Assembly: GCA_963704905.1 (NCBI GenBank)
Contig: CAVPHZ010000001.1
Location: forward strand, 323,438 to 387,437
Reading direction: 5' to 3'
DNA length: 64,000 nucleotides
Source of the DNA: Candidatus Chisholmbacteria bacterium
GTDB lineage: Bacteria; Patescibacteriota; Microgenomatia; UBA1400; Chisholmbacteraceae
In this document: positions 30,034 to 40,338 of the stretch, piece by piece
Layout: every line of letters starts with the position of its first letter
How positions within the stretch are numbered: the stretch's first letter is position 1
Made by a program: the position numbers and the translations under genes
The notes under the pieces: generated by a model
The model's input: the letters and a program-made list of their open reading frames with translations, nothing else
What the model was told of the DNA's origin: nothing
Database searches by the model: none

Positions 30034-31185
30034 ATGAAAGTAAATATCCTACAAGATAAACTCTCTAAGGGTCTGTCGTCTGTTATTCGAGTAGTGTCTT
30101 CAAGGCCTACACTTCCAATTCTCTCAAACGTTCTGATAGAGGCGAAGAGTGGAAGAGTGCTTTTATCAACAACAGATCTGAATTTAGGAATTCGATTGTG
30201 GCTAGGAGCAAAGGTTGAAGAGGAGGGAGCTGTTACTGTGCCAGCTAAAGTTATTAGCGATCTTGTTTCTTCCTTTTCACCATCAACTATTACTCTGTCT
30301 AGCGATGAATCATCTTTGAGAGTATCTGGATCTGGTCATCAAGCTCGATTAGCTGGCATACCTGCAAGTGAGTTTCCTTCACTCGGGAAAGTATCTTCAA
30401 AGAAAGGATTAAAAATTGAAACAAAGACTTTCAAACATGTTATAGAGAGAGTGGTTCTTTCTGCTTCTACGGACGAAACCCGTCCGGTGCTTTCAGGAGT
30501 GCTATGGAAATTTTCTGAAAAGCAGTTGCAATTAGTAGCTACAGATGGTTACCGTTTGAGTTTAGTGAACGTTCCTTATACAGGGAAGAGCTCACCCTCA
30601 ACGTGGCAAAAGATGGTAAAAGAAGTAGTAGGAGGAGGAGTTATCATACCTGCTAGAGCATTGAGAGACGTTGAAAAGCTGGCAGAGGAAGTTCAGGTTA
30701 AGGAAGTCGAACTAAGTCTTGCAAAGCAACAAAATCTGGCAGTTTTTTCTCTAGGAGATGCAGAGTTAACAACACGACTTATTGAAGGCACTTTCCCGAA
30801 TTTTACTCAAGTTATTCCAAAAGAAAAAGTAGGAGAGTCTACGATTGAAGTAGAGCTGCTTGAAAAGGCTGTGAAGACGGCGTCTATCTTTGCTCGTGAT
30901 AGTGCTAATATTATTCATTGGAAGATCGGCAATGATGCTTTGGTTGTCTCAGCGAACGCCCCAAGTTATGGGGAGAGCGAGAGCACTGTTGAAATTTCTT
31001 TAAAAGGAGAAGGAGGAAATATTGCATTTAATAGCCGCTATTTGATTGACTTTTTTTCAATATTTCCTTCTAAGAAAGTTTTGTTTCGAATGAAAGGAAG
31101 CTTGGATCCAGGAGTATTTCAGCCTGCTGGGAAAGAAAGAGAAGATTTTTTATATCTCATTATGCCTGTAAGAGTTCAAAAATAA
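30034..31185 (+). CDS. dnaN: DNA polymerase III beta clamp
   Basis: LPILSNVL, STDETRPVLSG, VATDGYRL and YLIMPVR motifs. Confidence 0.98.
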   Translation: MKVNILQDKLSKGLSSVIRVVSSRPTLPILSNVLIEAKSGRVLLSTTDLNLGIRLWLGAKVEEEGAVTVPAKVISDLVSSFSPSTITLSSDESSLRVSGSGHQARLAGIPASEFPSLGKVSSKKGLKIETKTFKHVIERVVLSASTDETRPVLSGVLWKFSEKQLQLVATDGYRLSLVNVPYTGKSSPSTWQKMVKEVVGGGVIIPARALRDVEKLAEEVQVKEVELSLAKQQNLAVFSLGDAELTTRLIEGTFPNFTQVIPKEKVGESTIEVELLEKAVKTASIFARDSANIIHWKIGNDALVVSANAPSYGESESTVEISLKGEGGNIAFNSRYLIDFFSIFPSKKVLFRMKGSLDPGVFQPAGKEREDFLYLIMPVRVQK

Positions 31186-31219
31186 GCATATCGGTAAATG
31201 TTGACAAAGAAAAAAATGA

Positions 31220-33118
31220 TTAAAGGGGTTTTTGAGACTGTTGTTTTGGAACGGTGGCAGTTTGCATGGGTAGTTCTTCTTCCTGTTTCTTTTCAATTTC
31301 AAGAATTTCTTGGGGCTTAGTTGTAATGAGTTTGTGTTCTTCGCTTGAGGCAACAACCCTCATTGCTACGTGATTTTGACCAGCAAAAAAGAGTCCTTCG
31401 CCAATGTCAGCTGCCAAGAGAAGGTGTCTTTCTCCTTCAGAAAGGAAGAATGTTTCAGAGAGTTGTTCAATAGCTGCTGTTGATTGTTTGAAAAGAACTT
31501 GGATTGATGAGTTGGTTACTATTGCTTTTCCGTAGTCGGAATTGAGAAAATCTTCTACGTCTTGAGAAATGGTGGTCAGACCAAGATAATATTTTCTCGC
31601 CCGCTTGGCAATGGAGTAGAGAAATGTAGCAGAATCCTGGTTTTTCATTAAGTACCAAGCCTCATCAACAACAACCAACCTTCTTTTCATGTCTCTCTTC
31701 ACTTTTGTCCAGATATAATCAAGAATTATATACATAATTGTTGGTCTGGTTTCGTCTTCAACTTCTTTTAACGAGAACACTGTAAAAGAGTTTTTTAAGT
31801 CAACATTGCTTTGCTGGTCGAAGAAGCTTCGAAGTGATCCTTTTACAAACTTCTCAAGCCTATCTGCTAATCCTTTTGCAACTTGCTCTTCCATACCTAT
31901 AAGCGTTTTATAGAGATCTTCCATAAGCGGTGGTTCATTTCTTTGTGTAGAAGGATCTGGGGTGATACCCCTGGCTTTGTAGGTTGCAATCAGCGCCCGG
32001 TCAAGTATGGCTTCTTCTGAGGGGTTGACATCCCCAAGCATCACCTTTAACAACCCATGAAGAGAGAGAATTTTTAACCCCAGCTCATTTTCACCTTCTT
32101 CATAAACAGCAGATAAATCAAATGGGTTGAGTTTAGTTTGGGTGTTCAAGCTCAAGTTAATATAAGTGCCTCCTAGTGTTTCACACATCCTTTTGTATTC
32201 TTCTTCTGGATCGATGACAATTACCTCTGTTTCAAACATGAGAGACCGTAGTATTTCGAGTTTTTCAAAAAAACTTTTTCCAGATCCGCTTTTTCCAAAA
32301 ATTGCCATGTTTGCGTTTTCCATAGTGAAACGGTCAAAAATGATTAGTGAGTCGTTGTGTTCATTGATCCCATACATAATCCCTTCGTTGGCTGTTAATT
32401 CCGAAGAAGTGAAGGGAAAGGTTGTGGCGAGAGAGGTTGTATCCATGTTTCTGGTAACCACAAGCCGATCTTGGCCAAGAGGGAGTGTGGTTTTTAGACC
32501 TGCTTCCATCTGAAGAGTTGCTGCTTTTGAGATAATTAAGAGAGATCCAAGGGTGGATTGAACTTTTTTTGTCGTAGAATTTAATATTTCAAGAGAACTT
32601 GCACTTACTGTGATGTACAAACCAAACTGAAAGAAACGCTCTGCACCTTTAGCTAATTCTTGTTGGAGCCCTTTTGCATCTTCTAGTTTGATTTCTGTAT
32701 CTACGCTAGCGATATGACCGCGCTTGATGTCTGTTTCAATTTCAGCTTCCATTTCTCCAATTTTTCTTCGTAACTCGTCGAGAACTTCCCGACCTTCAAC
32801 GGGGTAGATAAACATAGAGATATCAAGAGAGTTTTCAAAGTTGATGAGGGGAGCCAGCCAGTTGGCGCTCACATACCTAGGATATCCAGCTACAAATAAC
32901 GTTCGGAGGAACATGTTTCCAACCTTGAGGTGATTGAAGTCAACGTCAATTGATTCCGGAGCAATGATGTCTTGAATTGAAACCATTCCGGATCCAAGTT
33001 GGTCTGCGGGATTTCCGGCATGTGCTTGTGGGGGGGTTGGATTTTGTAGAGTCTGTTCGCCGGCCTGCGTTTCCCTTTTTTTGTTTCTTTTTAGTGCATC
33101 TAAGATGTTTAAAGCCAT
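31220..33118 (-). CDS. VirB4/TraC-like T4SS ATPase
   Basis: Walker A GKSGSGKS, IDPEEEY, LNPFD, Walker B VVVDEAW and RARKY...TTISQ. Confidence 0.92.
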   Translation of the reverse strand: MALNILDALKRNKKRETQAGEQTLQNPTPPQAHAGNPADQLGSGMVSIQDIIAPESIDVDFNHLKVGNMFLRTLFVAGYPRYVSANWLAPLINFENSLDISMFIYPVEGREVLDELRRKIGEMEAEIETDIKRGHIASVDTEIKLEDAKGLQQELAKGAERFFQFGLYITVSASSLEILNSTTKKVQSTLGSLLIISKAATLQMEAGLKTTLPLGQDRLVVTRNMDTTSLATTFPFTSSELTANEGIMYGINEHNDSLIIFDRFTMENANMAIFGKSGSGKSFFEKLEILRSLMFETEVIVIDPEEEYKRMCETLGGTYINLSLNTQTKLNPFDLSAVYEEGENELGLKILSLHGLLKVMLGDVNPSEEAILDRALIATYKARGITPDPSTQRNEPPLMEDLYKTLIGMEEQVAKGLADRLEKFVKGSLRSFFDQQSNVDLKNSFTVFSLKEVEDETRPTIMYIILDYIWTKVKRDMKRRLVVVDEAWYLMKNQDSATFLYSIAKRARKYYLGLTTISQDVEDFLNSDYGKAIVTNSSIQVLFKQSTAAIEQLSETFFLSEGERHLLLAADIGEGLFFAGQNHVAMRVVASSEEHKLITTKPQEILEIEKKQEEELPMQTATVPKQQSQKPL

Positions 33119-33132
33119 AATTGTTAACTCCC

Positions 33133-34107
33133 TTATTGCTCTTTAAGAGCGCTGTCTATTGTTGCTTGTATATTGTCTGTGGCTTTTGGTTGTTGAGCAG
33201 GATCTTGAGATACTATATGAGATTCACCTGATGTGGGTTGAGAAATAGCTGGCGTTTCATTGATAATTGATGACGTTTCAGGCTGGGGGGTAGGGAGTGG
33301 TGTGGGTTGGTTTGCGGGCGTAGATGTGCTTATTGGGTTTGGCGGAGGTGGTTGAGTTTTTGGTTGGCTCTCCTGGGGTAGTGGGGGTTGTTGTTGAGTG
33401 TTTATTTGAGGAACTTCTTGAAAGGCTACTGCAGGTTGAACGATAGGTGTTTCATATTCTTGGGGAGAAACTAATGTTTGACCTTGGGAGCTGTCTGGAT
33501 TGTATATTTCAAAAAGAAGCTGAATGAGCTCTTTAGTAGTGAGTTGTCTGGCTCGCAAACCAAGACGGGCAAGCTGATGTTCAACATGATCTCTTTTTGG
33601 TTCCAATGTCATTTTAGCTCGACCAATAATGTATTCTTTTGGGAAAGGAAGTCCGGTGTGACCGCCTTTTGCGATTGCTGTTGCCGACTTTGTAACTCCC
33701 AGCTCGAGAACAAAAAAAGGTATAACAATATAGAATTTTTTATCTAAAACATTTCTTTGACGGACTGTTTCCTCAATAAATTCCCTGTATTTTCTAATGC
33801 GTTCTTTGTTTTCTGGTTTTGCAGAGCGTAATTCCTGTTCCTCGAGCAACCTTTCATATCCAGTAATATCTTTTCTATTGCTTCTAATAAAAATCTGGAT
33901 AGGAAAGGTGAGTGAGTTAAGCAGAGCTGCGTAGGCATAAATTGTTGCGTCTTGCTCGGACTCAGATAAAAGACCAAAGTTCACCGCTGTGGTGGTGATT
34001 ATCATTGCAGCAGAACCATCTTTTAAAAGAATAAGATTCTCTGCAATTTCCTCGACATCGAGGTGTTGTTGAGTTGTAGATTTAATGACTTGTTTTGGGG
34101 CAGCCAT
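33133..34107 (-). CDS. VirB4-associated protein (TraC N-terminal-like) with Pro/Gln-rich tail
   Basis: AVNFGLLSESEQDATIYAYAALLNSL.FPIQI and KKFYIVIP; lies between the PrgI and VirB4 genes. Confidence 0.65.
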   Translation of the reverse strand: MAAPKQVIKSTTQQHLDVEEIAENLILLKDGSAAMIITTTAVNFGLLSESEQDATIYAYAALLNSLTFPIQIFIRSNRKDITGYERLLEEQELRSAKPENKERIRKYREFIEETVRQRNVLDKKFYIVIPFFVLELGVTKSATAIAKGGHTGLPFPKEYIIGRAKMTLEPKRDHVEHQLARLGLRARQLTTKELIQLLFEIYNPDSSQGQTLVSPQEYETPIVQPAVAFQEVPQINTQQQPPLPQESQPKTQPPPPNPISTSTPANQPTPLPTPQPETSSIINETPAISQPTSGESHIVSQDPAQQPKATDNIQATIDSALKEQ

Positions 34108-34119
34108 GCGTATTCTTTC

Positions 34120-35235
34120 TCAGGTTGCTTTAATTTCTATTGGTGGAACGAGATTCCCTACTAGATCGATTTTGATTATATCAAAGCTTTGTCCTTCGTG
34201 TTCAACTTCAATTTCATACATCCCGCTGGTTAGGGGGGTGGCGATAAAAAATTGTCCAAGCTTATTTGTCTTTAGTGCTCTGGCGACATTATTATCTTGA
34301 TCTCTTATGGTGAGAATGGCACCTTCAACAATACTACCAAGTTTGTCGACAACCATCCCAACCAATACATTTGGGGTGATTGGAGGAGTAGGAATGGGGA
34401 GTTTTGGTTTGATGGTTGCCTGGGTTGTTTTGTAGGGTTCTCTATCAATTTTTATAACCCCGGTAGGTGATAGTTTTCCAATATCATATTGTTTATCTTC
34501 CTCATTTTGACCATTAGCGATTATGACGGGCGGAACTGGTATTTTTTCAGCTTTTACAATATTAAGAGGTTCGGCAATGGGCATGTCCAGCTTTTTCAAT
34601 CCCGCTCTTGACCTCTTGGGAAGTATCACCTCTCCCCGCATAATTGCTTTCGGATTCAGAGGGGGGGATTTTAGTTTTCTTACCTTCACCTTCACATCTG
34701 CTGCTTGTTCAAGATCTTCAGCCACTTGTCGCTGAGGTTTCACTTTAGTTATGTGTGTCGGTTGGACTTCTGTATACATTTTCATGATGTCACTAACAAA
34801 ATGATTTTCCTTGTTGTCAAGGTTAGTTTGCGGTCCCAGGCTCGGTAGTGTTTCTAAATAGGCCTTAAGTTTTTTTCTATCACTTTGCTCAGTCTCAGTT
34901 TCTTCATATTTTTTTATTTTTACTGTTTCGAAAAATCTCGGCATGATTGTTTGTTTTCTCCAGACGAATTTGGTTGGAGAGTAGATGGCTTTAATGAAGG
35001 CCACCAACCATCTATCTAGCGGGCGTTCCTCGAGGGGTAGAAACGCAAACGCTACTCCCAAAAAAACAGAAAATATTATTAATGGCCAGCGGATGATGCT
35101 TGACACCGGAAGGGAATAAATAATCCAAGCGACAATGATGCCAGCGATAAGTTCGAGAAATTGCTTGATGGTCATGTCGCCAATCAAGCGAAAGTGGTAT
35201 GAGGAGATTTGTTGTGGAACTGGGTGTTGTTCCAT
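34120..35235 (-). CDS. PrgI (VirB3-like) family protein with C-terminal carboxypeptidase-regulatory-like beta domain
   Basis: QHPVPQ...FRLIGDMTIKQF, 2 TM, EERPLDRW; C-terminal GMVVD..G..VEGAIL.I...TNKLGQF. Confidence 0.8.
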   Translation of the reverse strand: MEQHPVPQQISSYHFRLIGDMTIKQFLELIAGIIVAWIIYSLPVSSIIRWPLIIFSVFLGVAFAFLPLEERPLDRWLVAFIKAIYSPTKFVWRKQTIMPRFFETVKIKKYEETETEQSDRKKLKAYLETLPSLGPQTNLDNKENHFVSDIMKMYTEVQPTHITKVKPQRQVAEDLEQAADVKVKVRKLKSPPLNPKAIMRGEVILPKRSRAGLKKLDMPIAEPLNIVKAEKIPVPPVIIANGQNEEDKQYDIGKLSPTGVIKIDREPYKTTQATIKPKLPIPTPPITPNVLVGMVVDKLGSIVEGAILTIRDQDNNVARALKTNKLGQFFIATPLTSGMYEIEVEHEGQSFDIIKIDLVGNLVPPIEIKAT

Positions 35236-35331
35236 GATTATTGGTTTTGTACTTTCAATCTGTTCTACTTGTTTATCAAGTTCATTTCATTATAACAAGG
35301 GAGGAAGGGGTGGGCTAGGGCTGGTGGATGG

Positions 35332-36372
35332 CTACTCTGAATAGAGAAGCGGGGAATCAATGGCAGGCAGATAAAGCGTTGCATCCAACTCATCGGGGTA
35401 GGTTGTAGTTTTAATTTTTCCGGTAAAGAGAAACACTGGCTGGTAAATATTGTTTTTCAACTCGTCTGAAAAATAAGCAATTTCAACCCTCTCTATACTT
35501 ACATAGACTATATCATTGCTTTGCGGTTCATAATATTCTACGCTGGTTGAAATTAAACTTGCTACAGGTAAGGCAAGCCGCATTGCTTCAAAGGATTTAA
35601 TGGGATATTTTTTGTCGCTTACTTCATAGTTAATATCTTTTTTTAGCTTTATTTCTAAGGGGGTTCCATCCGGAAATATTGACACCGTGGTGAGTGAAAG
35701 ATTTGGTTCCAACCCAATTAATTTATATGGCTGATTACCAGATTTAAAATTAACGGTTGCGATGTTGGCATTTTCCTTTGAGGATCGTTTTAGGTCGTCG
35801 CTATTCTCAGAGAAAATATAACTTATATCGATGGGATTCGTTTCTTCGTCTGGATCAATGAAACCCTTTTTTATCATTGCATCTTTTGCGGTAGCGATGA
35901 TTTCTGTATCACGCTTCTTGTCAAACAAACCTTTAATTGGATATCCACCACCCAACGTGTAGTGTATTTCGTTGGTGATGCCAGAGATTGTTAGCGCATC
36001 TGAGAGCTGGACCCAAATATAAACATTTTCTCCTTGAGGACTTTGGATAATTCTTGGAGCTTCTATGAACCCTGCTCTTTTTGCAATGTCAACGGCTTGT
36101 TCTTGGGTTATGTTTGAAGAGTTACTCACCATTAGAAGTGGAAGCTCTTTTGGGAGATTAACATCTTTTTCGGTGAGAGCAAGCTGTATGGGGAAGAACC
36201 CACCAGTGAAGGCTGGAATGGTCGGTACTGCCTGAAGAAGCGGATCTTGTTGTAGGGGCTCTCCTGACGCTGGTTTATTAGATTGGGTGAATATCCACAG
36301 TAATATAGCAATGGTTGCGAGAAAAACGACGAGGAGGACGGTTAAAATGAATTTTCGATTAAATTTCATCAT
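35332..36372 (-). CDS. Membrane-anchored extracytoplasmic protein of unknown function in the T4SS locus
   Basis: N-terminal TM; C-terminal VEIAYF...YQPVFLFTG...LYLPAI. Confidence 0.7.
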   Translation of the reverse strand: MMKFNRKFILTVLLVVFLATIAILLWIFTQSNKPASGEPLQQDPLLQAVPTIPAFTGGFFPIQLALTEKDVNLPKELPLLMVSNSSNITQEQAVDIAKRAGFIEAPRIIQSPQGENVYIWVQLSDALTISGITNEIHYTLGGGYPIKGLFDKKRDTEIIATAKDAMIKKGFIDPDEETNPIDISYIFSENSDDLKRSSKENANIATVNFKSGNQPYKLIGLEPNLSLTTVSIFPDGTPLEIKLKKDINYEVSDKKYPIKSFEAMRLALPVASLISTSVEYYEPQSNDIVYVSIERVEIAYFSDELKNNIYQPVFLFTGKIKTTTYPDELDATLYLPAIDSPLLYSE

Positions 36373-36384
36373 GTTGATTATAAA

Positions 36385-39300
36385 CTACGGGATTCTACTG
36401 GGATTTCCCGACGTATCTATGCAGGCAATTCCTCGATAATTGCAACACCCTCTTGGGAGTACAAATTCTGGAATATTTGGAGGTTCCATGGGCAGAACTC
36501 CCCCACGAACTTCATAATGCAAGTGGTTGTTTTCTGGACCCGTGCCGGTGTTTGACGTGTGTCCTACGGTGGTGCCGTAGTTTACAGGACCATTAGGCAC
36601 TCTAGTATCTGATCTAAGATGGGCATATCTGGTTGTAAATGGTTGTCCGTTGCATACCCCCGTTACATCGACATACGAACCATAATTACCACTGGAACCC
36701 TGAGCTGCAGTGCCTTGATGGGTGGCAATAACTGCGGCGCCGACAAGTTGTTGTGACGGTGTTTGTCCGAAAATATCGAGAGCAGATTCGAGGGCTCCGT
36801 GAGTGCAGATGCCTCGGTTCCCTTGGGTTATGCGGAGGAATGACATGCCAGCTGGAGGTAAAACCGGCCAACCAAACGGACAGTCATCAGGAGGGTTTCC
36901 AATCATGACACAGGCAACAGAGGTAGATGAATCCCTTCCCGCCACCGTATCGGCGGTGACTGTGAAATTATCACAGACAAAAGAGTCAGCGTATTGGGTT
37001 CCAAGATCGACAGCGTACGTCAGTGAATATGTGCTTCCATCAAGAATAGGAGTGAGTGGCGGGCTTGGTATGGTGGTAGATGGAGGTCCGGCGAGCAGAG
37101 GGTCCTGGCGGATGGTATAGGTGTTGTTGAAGGCGATGTTTGCAAGGTCGCTACCCTGGGCAGTAATGGTGACGGTGTAGGTTATTGTTGCTGGAAGATT
37201 GCTATTGCTTACAATTCTGTCTGGATTTGCATTTTTTACTACACCGATATACTGCGACTGCTCGGTTCCATACCCAGAACCTAGCCCGTACCCTAAATAG
37301 GGAATGACCTCTGTGGGTGGAACGTGAAACACCCCCAGCATTACCGTATAGACAAATAGAGCCATAACAATGACATAGCCAATAGAGCCAACGGAGGTAA
37401 GGTACAGCCAGCGGGGGGTGGTGTTTGATGTGGCCTCAAGCATTACCTGCTCGGCTTTGGCGAGGGATTTGGTGGAGGTTTTGAGGGTTTCACCGGCTAA
37501 TGCATTAACTGCACGAACTGCATTTGAGAATGCATTTTTGATGAGGTTGGAGGTTCCATTAATAAGGTTTGCAACCGGCCCTTCAATGAAGGTGTAATGT
37601 CTTGCAATATAGATGAGCTGCTTGCCGGTGGTTATTGGTTGGAGGATGAGATTTTTTGCTCCTGCGACAATGTTGGTGGCGAAATTTACAACTCCAGCTA
37701 CAACCGATCCAACCCACCCCAGTGCCGCTGATTTGATGGCTGTCCAAATTACTCTTCCTAAGCTTTTCCAAAACAACCTCATAACCAGCCAGCGCTTGAA
37801 TTTCTTGATGAGCTTTCTGCGGAATTCATAGCCGGCTTTTGCGCCAAACCCTCCCCCAGCTACACCACCAACTATTCCACCCAAAACGGCACCAATTGCG
37901 GTACCGATAACCGGGACCACAGAGCCAATCAGTCCGCCAACCAATGCTCCAACGGCTGCTCCTCCCGTTGCCCCAACAGCTGCTCCAGCTACAGTCATGC
38001 CGGTGTCGGCAACTGTTCCCATAAGACGAAGGCTGCCCTTTATCGGATCCCGAAGACCTTCTTTGATTGCCTCTTTATAATCCTTGGCAAGACCTTTTAT
38101 GGCTTGGAACATCTTCCCCAAACCTCTTTCAATTAGCTCTTGAGCAATAACAATTAGAATTCCAACGCCGGTTCCGGCTAGCGCGAGCTGCTCGATTTTT
38201 TTAACAAGTCCGCCAAGACCAACCTTAATGAGAGCTTTGGCTGCAAGTTGACCTAACTTGAGCATGAGTTTTTTGACGAGGCGTTTGATTGGATCGGTGA
38301 CTTTGCTGACTACCTTTTTTACTGCTGTTTTAGCCTTGCCATATACCTGCTTTATGGGAGTTGTTACCTTAGAAACAAGCTTTCTTACCGGGGAAGTTAG
38401 TCGTCTGGCTGCGGCAGACACCTTTGATCTGACTTGACGCACCTGTCTTCTGATTGGTGCGGTTAGTTTGCGAACCGCTTTGCGGACAGGTGCGGTTGCT
38501 TTCCGGTAAGCCATTTTAGTTGGATTGTTTATCCAGTCTCTGGCTTCACGGAATGACTTGATGTTCTTTTCGTCGAAGAGAAAGCCGTACTTTTGGGCGG
38601 CTTTACTATCAATTTTTCTAAGCGCCCGGGTGTCGATTTGGTCTTTATTGATATAGACGCGTTTTTTGGTTTTGGGATCGTAGACAGTGAAGGACTCGAT
38701 GGAGTCCAGTTTTACATCTTTTGGCCGTTGAATGCGGGTTCCATACTGGAAGGTTGGCATGGCGGCGTTGTCTGGCAGGTTGGGATCAGATTCTTTGGTG
38801 CGATTGTGAACTACAATTTTGATGTGTTTTTCACCGTTTATCTCAATCGGTTGTTTAAGATGAATGGTGGTTGGCTGACGGTCGTTTGATTCATCCGCCA
38901 CCGAGACTTCGACATCTTTTTCAATTTCATTTTTTACATGCTCTGAAAATCGCTCATATTTATCTAACACACTGTTGATCTCACCCGAAAGTCCTCCAAC
39001 TGATTGGGCTCTGCTTTTCAGTGATCCGCTTTCCATCACGCCGTCGGTTAGTTGTTCTTGCTGCTGACTTGAAAGATCATCGGTGTTTCTATCGATGGCT
39101 GTTTGGACCATGGCCCGCTGGGCTTCCGGTGATGGTTCGGCTCCGTTTCTTAGGGCTTCTTGGTCAACTTTGCTTCTTATGTCTCTGGCAATTTGCCGGC
39201 TGGTTTCCCGATCAATATCGTGTTGGTGCAACCTATCACGAATGTCTTTTTCCACGGTTTTGGTAGATGGAAGAGAGAGATCAAGGTCTTTGAGGTAGCC

Positions 39301-39729
39301 GGGTATTTCACCGAGAGCTGCTTGAAGGCTTCTTTGTTCTGCGGCGAGATCGAATGAGCCGGCTACGGCGGAGGCAACCTGTGCCCGACGGTTTTTTGGG
39401 AGGATCTCGTCGAATTCGACATTGTTTTGCGCATATTCATTGGCCGCTTTTAATACCGCTTCGCTTATACTTTCTCTGGTTAGGTTTTCTTTGGGGAGAA
39501 ATAAAGGAGTTCGTTGGGCTATCACATAGGCCGCTTTATGCGCATGGGAATCTCTGAATTCTTGGAGGAATACGGTCGAGATGTATGGTGTGGCAGCTTT
39601 GGCGTAGCCCGTTCTAATTTTCTCACCTATTCTGGTGAGGTTCTGATGCTTTTTTTTTAGCAGAGCACCTTGGTCTGCAGAAGCGTTTTGAGATGGTGAT
39701 GATGTTGTTGAGCTAGTGCTGTCCGGCAT
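36385..39729 (-). CDS. Large membrane protein with amphipathic repeats, glycine zipper, Ig-like domain and C-terminal M23 peptidase
   Basis: GWPV, H...ALDI, YGSYVDV, RYAHL, NTG and HLHYEVR M23 motifs; Gly-zipper GAAVG..GGAAVGALVGGLIG. Confidence 0.8.
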   Translation of the reverse strand: MPDSTSSTTSSPSQNASADQGALLKKKHQNLTRIGEKIRTGYAKAATPYISTVFLQEFRDSHAHKAAYVIAQRTPLFLPKENLTRESISEAVLKAANEYAQNNVEFDEILPKNRRAQVASAVAGSFDLAAEQRSLQAALGEIPGYLKDLDLSLPSTKTVEKDIRDRLHQHDIDRETSRQIARDIRSKVDQEALRNGAEPSPEAQRAMVQTAIDRNTDDLSSQQQEQLTDGVMESGSLKSRAQSVGGLSGEINSVLDKYERFSEHVKNEIEKDVEVSVADESNDRQPTTIHLKQPIEINGEKHIKIVVHNRTKESDPNLPDNAAMPTFQYGTRIQRPKDVKLDSIESFTVYDPKTKKRVYINKDQIDTRALRKIDSKAAQKYGFLFDEKNIKSFREARDWINNPTKMAYRKATAPVRKAVRKLTAPIRRQVRQVRSKVSAAARRLTSPVRKLVSKVTTPIKQVYGKAKTAVKKVVSKVTDPIKRLVKKLMLKLGQLAAKALIKVGLGGLVKKIEQLALAGTGVGILIVIAQELIERGLGKMFQAIKGLAKDYKEAIKEGLRDPIKGSLRLMGTVADTGMTVAGAAVGATGGAAVGALVGGLIGSVVPVIGTAIGAVLGGIVGGVAGGGFGAKAGYEFRRKLIKKFKRWLVMRLFWKSLGRVIWTAIKSAALGWVGSVVAGVVNFATNIVAGAKNLILQPITTGKQLIYIARHYTFIEGPVANLINGTSNLIKNAFSNAVRAVNALAGETLKTSTKSLAKAEQVMLEATSNTTPRWLYLTSVGSIGYVIVMALFVYTVMLGVFHVPPTEVIPYLGYGLGSGYGTEQSQYIGVVKNANPDRIVSNSNLPATITYTVTITAQGSDLANIAFNNTYTIRQDPLLAGPPSTTIPSPPLTPILDGSTYSLTYAVDLGTQYADSFVCDNFTVTADTVAGRDSSTSVACVMIGNPPDDCPFGWPVLPPAGMSFLRITQGNRGICTHGALESALDIFGQTPSQQLVGAAVIATHQGTAAQGSSGNYGSYVDVTGVCNGQPFTTRYAHLRSDTRVPNGPVNYGTTVGHTSNTGTGPENNHLHYEVRGGVLPMEPPNIPEFVLPRGCCNYRGIACIDTSGNPSRIP

Positions 39730-39816
39730 GCGTTGGGTTAATTTTGATCATCATAGCAAACTTCTTTGAGTGGTGGCTAGAGGTTGTCTGGTATACTAGC
39801 GGAAAGGAGCGGATAT

Positions 39817-40143
39817 ATGGACGAGCAAGGAACAGGTTACGTACCAGAATCAGCAGCTATCCCAGAATCGGAGCGGTGGAAATCATATGAGTTCATCGCC
39901 GAGAAGTTGGGTTTGTCGGCTGATCGGTTGCGAAGACTACTTAACACAAAGAAGGTTGATGGAAGGAAGATTCGAAAGACCCAACGCAATCCCGGGTTTC
40001 CGTTCCGATGGGTGACTACGGAGCGCAACGTGGCGAAATATCTTTCCAGCAAGCTGACGCCATCTGAATATGGGAAAAAAGGCGGTCGGCCGAGAAAGAC
40101 AGAGATCGGACGTCGGGGAGTGGTTTTTCAAGCAAGTTCGTAG
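39817..40143 (+). CDS. Xis/MerR-like helix-turn-helix protein with AT-hook-like tail
   Basis: IAEKLGLSADRLRRLL..KKV.G.K...W.TTE..V..YL, then GKKGGRPRK; AAAGGAG SD before ATG 39817. Confidence 0.65.
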   Translation: MDEQGTGYVPESAAIPESERWKSYEFIAEKLGLSADRLRRLLNTKKVDGRKIRKTQRNPGFPFRWVTTERNVAKYLSSKLTPSEYGKKGGRPRKTEIGRRGVVFQASS

Positions 40144-40225
40144 TATTTTCACGGTTGTAGTATCAAAAAAAGAAGTGTAACCTTGGTTGAAGAAAGTAAG
40201 TAATACTCTTGGGATTTATTAGTGG

Positions 40226-40254
40226 TTGACCCTTTCAGGAATTTATGGTAGAAT
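40226..40254 (+). promoter_or_regulatory. Near-consensus sigma70 promoter for the 1283-aa gene
   Basis: TTGACC-N17-TAGAAT with extended -10 TG. Confidence 0.7.
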
Positions 40255-40338
40255 TCGGTTCTTGTTAGGGTAATACAATTGTTTGCAGGTTTCGTAGAAA
40301 GTGGATAGTAATTGGTGTAGCATTTAGATAGGAGCAGT

